From positions 264,927 through 328,926 of the forward strand of contig JAUSJC010000010.1 in the NCBI GenBank assembly GCA_030647775.1: DNA of 64,000 bases, given 5' to 3'. This document shows, piece by piece, positions 58,135-64,000 of the stretch; position 1 is the stretch's first letter; the number at the start of each line of letters is the position of its first letter. The DNA is from Candidatus Curtissbacteria bacterium (GTDB lineage Bacteria; Patescibacteriota; Microgenomatia; Curtissbacterales; GWA2-41-24). A model generated the notes under the pieces. It saw only the letters and a program-made list of their open reading frames with translations. It was not told the DNA's origin and did not search any database. A program made the position numbers and the translations under genes.

Positions 58135-59753
58135 GGAAATATTTACTTCTTGGCATTATCCTTCTGGCCGCAACTTTGAGATTATATAAATTGGCTTCTG
58201 TTCCGCCGTCGCTTTATTGGGACGAAGCATCTTTGGGCTACAATGCATATTCAATTTTAAAGACCGCGCATGATGAGCATGGAAAATTTTTACCACTCAC
58301 CAATTTTGCCGCTTTTGGTGATTACAAACCGCCCGGCTACATCTACGCCGCGGTTCCTTCTATTGCCGTCTTTGGCCTTACCGAATTTGCTATTCGTTTC
58401 CCATCGGCGTTTTTTGGAACGCTGACCGTTTTATTAACTTATCTTCTTGCCAAAAAACTTTTTGAAAAAGAAAAAATTGCGCTTCTTTCGGCCTTTTTTC
58501 TGGCTATTTCCCCATGGCACTTACAATTTTCCCGGGGTGCCTTTGAGGCGAATCTTGGTTTATTTTTAAGTGTTCTTGGAATTTACTTATTTGTAAAATT
58601 TGCAAAAGATAATCAATATTGGATTCTTCTGTCCCTCCTATCGTTTTTAGCCGCCATGTATACCTTTACGGGGCAAAGGTTATTTGTTCCTTTTATTCTG
58701 CTTATTCTTTTCATCCAGTTTAAAAATGCAGTTGTCAAAAATCTCAAAGTTGTTATCCCGGGTATAATTATCTTTGCTTTTCTCTTTTGGCCGCTTTATA
58801 AATTTGCCACCGGTACCATTGAAGGCAGGCTTCGTTTTAACGAGGTTTCAATTTTCAACGATCTGGCGCCGGCAGACGAGTCAACACGCTTAAGGACGAA
58901 AGATAACTTCGCCTGGTGGGCAAATCTAATCCATAACAGGCGCTTAGAGTACGCCCATGAATATCTAGTCCACTATTTCGATGCTTTCAACCCGGCCTTT
59001 CTTTTTACAAAAGGGGATGTTAATCCGAGGCTTTCCGTTCAGGAAGTAGGCGAACTATATCTTATCGATTTGCCGCTAATTTTATCCGGCATTTACTTTC
59101 TTTTTGCCAAAAAACAAAATTTCAGGTTCTTAATTATCGCCTGGTTACTGGTTTCCCCGCTCGGTCCGGCAACAGCCCGCGAAACTCCCCATGCCTTGCG
59201 GATGATTCATATCCTGCCCACATTCCAATTGCTTGCCGCTTTTGGATTTTTTGGCCTTTGGGAAATGATTAAGTACAAAAAAGTCTTCGCCGTTTCTGTT
59301 TTCTTACTGCTTGCGGCCAGTTTTATCTATTATCTCAATATGTACTATATTCACTGGCCAATAAATTATTCGGGGGAGTGGCAATACGGCTATAAACAGG
59401 CTGTCCAGACAGCTAACTTGCAAAAGTCCGCCAATGTTGTTGTCACCAAAAGCCTTGGGAGGCCCTATATCTATTTCCTTCTCTATTCAAAATATGACCC
59501 TGGAGAGTTTTGGGCCACGGGGCAAGTCGTCAGGGATAAATTTTTCTTTCTAGACGTTAACGGTTTTGGTAAATATCACTTTGTTGACGATGTAAATCAA
59601 GCAAAAGTCTCCGGCGAAACCGTCTACGTTTCACCTCCCGGGAGTGTTCCAAAAGGAGCCCAAGTAATTGATACGATCTTAAACCTCGATGGCAGCCCGA
59701 CCTTGGTCATTTCAAAGAAGAACGTGCCGAATCCTCCCGATAATAAAAACTAA
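58131..59753 (+). CDS. ArnT/PMT-family GT-C glycosyltransferase, array paralog 5
   Basis: LRLYKLASVPPSLYWDEASLGYNAYS, YKPPGY, and SPWHLQFSR. Confidence 0.75.
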   Translation: MRKYLLLGIILLAATLRLYKLASVPPSLYWDEASLGYNAYSILKTAHDEHGKFLPLTNFAAFGDYKPPGYIYAAVPSIAVFGLTEFAIRFPSAFFGTLTVLLTYLLAKKLFEKEKIALLSAFFLAISPWHLQFSRGAFEANLGLFLSVLGIYLFVKFAKDNQYWILLSLLSFLAAMYTFTGQRLFVPFILLILFIQFKNAVVKNLKVVIPGIIIFAFLFWPLYKFATGTIEGRLRFNEVSIFNDLAPADESTRLRTKDNFAWWANLIHNRRLEYAHEYLVHYFDAFNPAFLFTKGDVNPRLSVQEVGELYLIDLPLILSGIYFLFAKKQNFRFLIIAWLLVSPLGPATARETPHALRMIHILPTFQLLAAFGFFGLWEMIKYKKVFAVSVFLLLAASFIYYLNMYYIHWPINYSGEWQYGYKQAVQTANLQKSANVVVTKSLGRPYIYFLLYSKYDPGEFWATGQVVRDKFFFLDVNGFGKYHFVDDVNQAKVSGETVYVSPPGSVPKGAQVIDTILNLDGSPTLVISKKNVPNPPDNKN

Positions 59754-61243
59754 TGAAATATCTTCGTAAACTAAATTTTTTAGCTCTGGTAGTTCCAGTC
59801 TATTTTGCAACAAGGCTTGTTAATTTTTTAATTATCCCGATTTTTACCGATGAGGCAATCTATAGCTATTGGGCCCAAGTCGCCCTTCACGATCCCGCCA
59901 ATCGGTTTATATCTTTAGAAGACGGGAAACAGCCTCTTTTTATCTGGCTGGCGGCTATCTTTCAGAGATTAATTTCTGATCCTTTGGTGGCAACTCGTCT
60001 CGTTTCGGTTTTTGCCGGTCTTGGGTCTTTACTGGGGGTTTACTTTCTAGCCCGTGAATTGTTTGGCACAAAAGTTGCCAAAATTGCCGGCGTTCTTTAT
60101 ATAATTTTACCCTTCACCCTGCTTTATGACCGCATGGCTCTTTTTGATTCGCTCCTAACCATGTTTTGCGTCTGGTCAGTCTTTCTGACTTATAAGATGG
60201 CTAAAAGCCCTCGCCTCGACTACGCGCTGCTCAATGGAATTATTTTGGGTCTCGGCTTAATAACCAAATCCTCAATAAGCTTTTTCCTGTATCTTCTTCC
60301 GGCATCACTCATAGTTTTTGATTTCAAAAAAGAGCTGTTAATAAAACGTTTATCAAAGTGGCTAGGGTTGTCCGTAATAACTTTTGCCATATCCGAAACA
60401 ATTTATAATGCACTTCGAGTTTCCCCTCTCTTTTACATGATCGACCGCAAAAACCATGAGTTTATTAGAACTTTTTCCGAGGTTATCAAAAATCCATTCC
60501 TGCATTTTTCCGGAAACATCAATAGCATGGCTACATGGTTATTCCAATACAATGGGCCGCTTATTTTGGTAGTTCCGGCCGTGATGATTTATGGATTGGC
60601 AAAGAAGGACAAAAGAATAATTCTTCTTTCGGTATACATCTTGGTGCCTTTTTTGGCTAAAGCTCTTTTCAATCAAATTTTATATCCGAGGTTTTCTTTA
60701 TTCTATTTCCCATTTATTATTATTTTAATTAGTTTTGGTATAAGTTTAACTTTGGCGTCGTTATCAAAATATAAAGGGTTAGTCTGGACTGTGCTTTCGG
60801 CTTTAATAATTTTTCCGCTGGTCTCGTCATTTTATTTGCTGACAAATCCCCCCAAAGCTGGTATTGCTGGTTCCGATAAATTCCAATATATAAACGGTTG
60901 GTCTTCCGGATATGGAATCCGCCAAATCGTCAATATTTTAAAAACGGGAAACTCCAAAGAGAAAGTTTATGTGGGGACAGAAGGCACTTTTGGTCTTTTA
61001 CCATTCGCCTTGCAAATCTATTTTTATGGCAACCCGAATATTCAAGTGGTAGGTTATTGGCCTGTCGGAAGCCTTCCAAAACAGGTTTTAGATTCGGCCA
61101 AAACCCAAAAAACTTATTTCATCTTTTACCAAAACCAAAATCTCCCGCAAATGGACGATCTTGCTCACTTGAAATTAATTGGCAAATATCAAAAAGGTAA
61201 CGGTGCAAACTTTATGAGTTTTTACGAAGTTAATGGAAACTAA
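59753..61243 (+). CDS. PMT/ArnT-family GT-C glycosyltransferase, divergent subfamily
   Basis: IIPIFTDEAIYSYWAQV carries a D-E loop, and the protein has about 12 TM helices. Its sequence family differs from that of the flanking paralogs. Confidence 0.65.
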   Translation: MKYLRKLNFLALVVPVYFATRLVNFLIIPIFTDEAIYSYWAQVALHDPANRFISLEDGKQPLFIWLAAIFQRLISDPLVATRLVSVFAGLGSLLGVYFLARELFGTKVAKIAGVLYIILPFTLLYDRMALFDSLLTMFCVWSVFLTYKMAKSPRLDYALLNGIILGLGLITKSSISFFLYLLPASLIVFDFKKELLIKRLSKWLGLSVITFAISETIYNALRVSPLFYMIDRKNHEFIRTFSEVIKNPFLHFSGNINSMATWLFQYNGPLILVVPAVMIYGLAKKDKRIILLSVYILVPFLAKALFNQILYPRFSLFYFPFIIILISFGISLTLASLSKYKGLVWTVLSALIIFPLVSSFYLLTNPPKAGIAGSDKFQYINGWSSGYGIRQIVNILKTGNSKEKVYVGTEGTFGLLPFALQIYFYGNPNIQVVGYWPVGSLPKQVLDSAKTQKTYFIFYQNQNLPQMDDLAHLKLIGKYQKGNGANFMSFYEVNGN

Positions 61244-62913
61244 TGAAAGGCAAACTTATCCTTCTGGTTATCATTCTAATTGCAGCACTGCTCAGATTAA
61301 TTAACCTCGGATCAATACCTGTCGGTTTTAACGATGATGAAGCCGCTTTTGGCTACAATGCTTATTCAATTTTAAAAACGGGTCAAGATGAGTGGGGAAG
61401 GAAAATCCCTTTTCCGGTCTTTGAAAGTTTTGGTGACTGGAAGCTAGTCGGTTACTTGTATATGACTGTAGTTTCAGTGAAATTCTTTGGTCTGAACGAA
61501 TTTGCGACAAGATTCCCTTCAGTGTTATTTGGGATTCTTTCTGTTTTTGCTACCTATCTTTTATCAAAAAAACTTTTCAACAGGGAAATTGCTTACGGTG
61601 CGGCCTTTTTGCTTGCAATCTCACCCTGGCACATTGTCGCTTCTAGGAACGCCTTTGAATCAGACGTATTAATATTCTTAATTACAATTTCGGCATATTT
61701 CTTTCTATGCGGTTTACAAAAGAGCAAATATTTGCTTCTTTCCTATTTAGGATTTATAGCTAGTTTTTATATCTATAGATCCAGCTGGATTTTCGTACCC
61801 CTGTTCATTCTAACTCAAACCTATTTTTTCAGAAGCCGGATTAAAAAAGCGGTTTTAAAACACTCCAAATATTTTATCGCCATAACTTTTTTGATATTAC
61901 CTTTAATTCCTGTTGTATTAACATTTAAAGGTCAATCTAGGTTTATTCAAGAGAGTTTTATTTCCGGAACTTCTAAAATTGGTATCATAAATAACATTAA
62001 TGAAAAACGGGGATTGTGCCAAACCAAAATACCGGACATTGTCTGTAGACTTATCCATAATAAATATAGCTATTTTGCAAACACTTACATAAACAACTAT
62101 TTAGGAAATTTGTCGGGTGTGACATTCTTTAATAAGGCAAACCCGACCGGTTTTCAATCTTTTGCAACAAGAAGCGTTTTTTATATTTTTGAGCTGCCTT
62201 TACTAATTGCCGGTCTTATCTTTCTTTTTAAAAATAAAAACCAAGGCGCAAAAATACTAATTCCGTGGTTATTATTAGTCCCGGTCGGAGCATCAATGGT
62301 TGGCATTGGAAATTTTGGTCGGATCAACATTATTATGCCGGCTCCTCAGATAATAGAAGCCTTCGGATTTTTTTCCCTTTTCGGTTTCCTAAAAAAAATA
62401 GAATTAAGGAAAATGACCTTAATATTTGTAATATTTATTGTTTCGATTTCATTTTTAGAATTTATTTCAGAACTGTTTCTGGTTGAACCCTATACAACCG
62501 CAAGAGCCGGAAGATATGGCTACAAAGGGCTTTTTAACTATCTGGAATCCCAGGAAAATAGCTACAGTCAAATTCTTATTTCTAAAAAAATTGATAGTAG
62601 TCATCAATACATTCAATACGTCTTCTTTCAAAAGATAAATCCTCAGTATTTTATTGCAAGCGCCAATCGCCCCAAAGCAGATAACGGTTGGGTAGATTTT
62701 GAAAGCATAGGCAAGTATGAATTTGTTCACTCAATGCCCGATGTTCCAAAAATTCCCAAAAATACGCTGGGAGTGGTGGGTGAAAATGAAGTTGAATACC
62801 CAATTCCTCCAAAATTTATAATACGAGATTTAAGAGGGGACATTTTATTTAAAATCTTCGATATTGACGAAGTAAAAGAAAAGTTGCAGGCGAATATAAA
62901 TAAAAATTCATAA
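61243..62913 (+). CDS. ArnT/PMT-family GT-C glycosyltransferase, array paralog 6
   Basis: LRLINLGSIPVGFNDDEAAFGYNAYS and SPWHIVASR. Confidence 0.75.
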   Translation: MKGKLILLVIILIAALLRLINLGSIPVGFNDDEAAFGYNAYSILKTGQDEWGRKIPFPVFESFGDWKLVGYLYMTVVSVKFFGLNEFATRFPSVLFGILSVFATYLLSKKLFNREIAYGAAFLLAISPWHIVASRNAFESDVLIFLITISAYFFLCGLQKSKYLLLSYLGFIASFYIYRSSWIFVPLFILTQTYFFRSRIKKAVLKHSKYFIAITFLILPLIPVVLTFKGQSRFIQESFISGTSKIGIINNINEKRGLCQTKIPDIVCRLIHNKYSYFANTYINNYLGNLSGVTFFNKANPTGFQSFATRSVFYIFELPLLIAGLIFLFKNKNQGAKILIPWLLLVPVGASMVGIGNFGRINIIMPAPQIIEAFGFFSLFGFLKKIELRKMTLIFVIFIVSISFLEFISELFLVEPYTTARAGRYGYKGLFNYLESQENSYSQILISKKIDSSHQYIQYVFFQKINPQYFIASANRPKADNGWVDFESIGKYEFVHSMPDVPKIPKNTLGVVGENEVEYPIPPKFIIRDLRGDILFKIFDIDEVKEKLQANINKNS

Positions 62914-64000
62914 TGTTGAAAAACAAGTTATTTTTAATCATAATTTGTTTGGCACTCGTCTTGAGATTCTATAAGTTAGGGCAAATTCCGCTTTCTCTGG
63001 ATTGGGATGAGGCCAGTAATGCTTATAATGCCTATTCCATCCTAAAAACCGCCCGTGACGAATACGGTACTTTTCTTCCCCTTACCAACAGGTCGTTTGA
63101 TGATTACAAACCGCCTCTTTACATGTATCTTAATGTCCCGACAGTCGCTATTTTTGGTTTAACTCCATTTGCCGCAAGGTTCCCATCGGCATTTTTTGGG
63201 TTTCTGACGGTACTGGCTATTTATTTTCTGGTCAAGAAATTATTTAACCAGAAGATTATGGCTCTTACCGCTATGTCTCTGCTTACAATTTCCCCATGGC
63301 ATATCCAGTTTTCCAGAGTAGGTTTTGAGGCCAATGTCGGCCTTTTTACGGCAGTGGCGGCAGTCACGGCGTTCCTTTACGGACTTAAGAACTGGAAATT
63401 CTTGATTCTTTCAAGCATTTTTCTGGGGCTTTCCATGTACAGTTACCATACAGAAAGAATGGTTGCACCCCTACTTTTTTTGTCGGCTTTCATAATTTGG
63501 AGAAAAGAAGTGTTTTCCCTTTCCAAAAAATACTTAAGCCTGTTTGTAGTAATTTCCGTCTTGATTATCTTACCGCTGGTAATATTCACCCCCCAGAAGG
63601 TTATCCTTCAAAGGTTCGAGACAACCACCGCCAATAGCACGCTGGACGATATCAATAAATCGATTAAATTTATTCGACAGGATCAGGATGCCCATTTTCC
63701 GCTTGGAAACATTATTGACAATAGAAGGGTTATTATTGCAAAAACTTATCTTACAAATTATTTGTCCCATTTTAGTTTCAACTTCCTCTTTATAAAAGGC
63801 GATGATAACTTCAGGCATCACGTTGAAGGTTTTGGTATGCTTTATCTCTTTGAACTGCCCCTTTTAATTCTGGGTGTTATAAGATTAGTTAGAGAGAAAA
63901 ATAAAGCAAAATATTTTGTTTTTGCTTGGCTGCTTATCTCGCCGATTGCGGCCGCCCCGGCTAGCCCTAGCCCTCATGCCGTAAGGTCACTGCCGGAAGT
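62913..64000 (+). CDS. ArnT/PMT-family GT-C glycosyltransferase, array paralog 7 (3' end beyond window)
   Basis: ATG at 62913, giving MLKNKLFLIIICLALVLRFYKLGQIPLSLDWDEASNAYNAYS, YKPPLY, and SPWHIQFSR. The frame is open to the window end. It is absent from the ORF track only because no stop lies inside the window. Confidence 0.7.
   Translation, partial: MLKNKLFLIIICLALVLRFYKLGQIPLSLDWDEASNAYNAYSILKTARDEYGTFLPLTNRSFDDYKPPLYMYLNVPTVAIFGLTPFAARFPSAFFGFLTVLAIYFLVKKLFNQKIMALTAMSLLTISPWHIQFSRVGFEANVGLFTAVAAVTAFLYGLKNWKFLILSSIFLGLSMYSYHTERMVAPLLFLSAFIIWRKEVFSLSKKYLSLFVVISVLIILPLVIFTPQKVILQRFETTTANSTLDDINKSIKFIRQDQDAHFPLGNIIDNRRVIIAKTYLTNYLSHFSFNFLFIKGDDNFRHHVEGFGMLYLFELPLLILGVIRLVREKNKAKYFVFAWLLISPIAAAPASPSPHAVRSLPE

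Noticed and set aside
1-64000. Alternative genetic code (UGA recoding, as in some CPR lineages)
   Set aside because: Many well-supported genes terminate at in-frame TGA (for example the stop at 53863-53865) and proteins align full length under the standard code. I found no evidence of recoding.
1-64000. Searched intergenic gaps for tRNA, rRNA, transposase and integrase genes
   Set aside because: No cloverleaf-like sequences with a T-loop GTTCRA motif, no rRNA-like conserved blocks, and no DDE or tyrosine-recombinase ORFs were seen. The only mobile-like features are the short palindromic repeat elements.

Overview
This is a 64 kb, low-GC, densely coded window with nearly all genes on the + strand. 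The gene content suggests a Patescibacteria/CPR-type genome, but that is an inference. The standard genetic code applies, since ORFs end in TAA, TGA or TAG. I found no rRNA, tRNA, CRISPR array, transposase or integrase.

The first 8 kb is housekeeping: the 3' part of prfB, then ftsE, ftsX and an EnvC-like M23 peptidase, a surface CBM-like protein, and a t6A cluster. In the t6A cluster tsaE and tsaC read as one ORF joined by a repeat-element linker, and a tsaB-like gene is truncated to its N-terminal domain.

From about 11.4 kb to the window end is one very large glycosylation island. It holds rmlABCD, two nucleotide-sugar dehydrogenases, several SDR epimerases, gmd with a partner reductase, and about ten GT2 genes including four Dpm1/GtrB-like ones, one of them fused to a GtrA domain. 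It also holds a GT4, a Wzx-like flippase, a SAM methyltransferase, and roughly 17 polytopic GT-C-type membrane proteins. These comprise two YfhO paralogs, three YfhO-like paralogs, several ArnT/PMT-like genes, and a head-to-tail array of at least 8 ArnT/PMT-like paralogs at 50.6-64 kb with two paralogous small membrane proteins interleaved. pyrB, a pyrC-like dihydroorotase and a minus-strand archaeal-type PPAT/DUF359 gene are embedded in the island.

Two findings stand out. First, a 21-bp in-frame tandem repeat sits at the 5' end of two genes, the methyltransferase and one ArnT paralog, in opposite orientations. Second, a family of short palindromic repeat elements is inserted in-frame in and around the t6A genes and recurs as a 14-bp motif at several gene ends.
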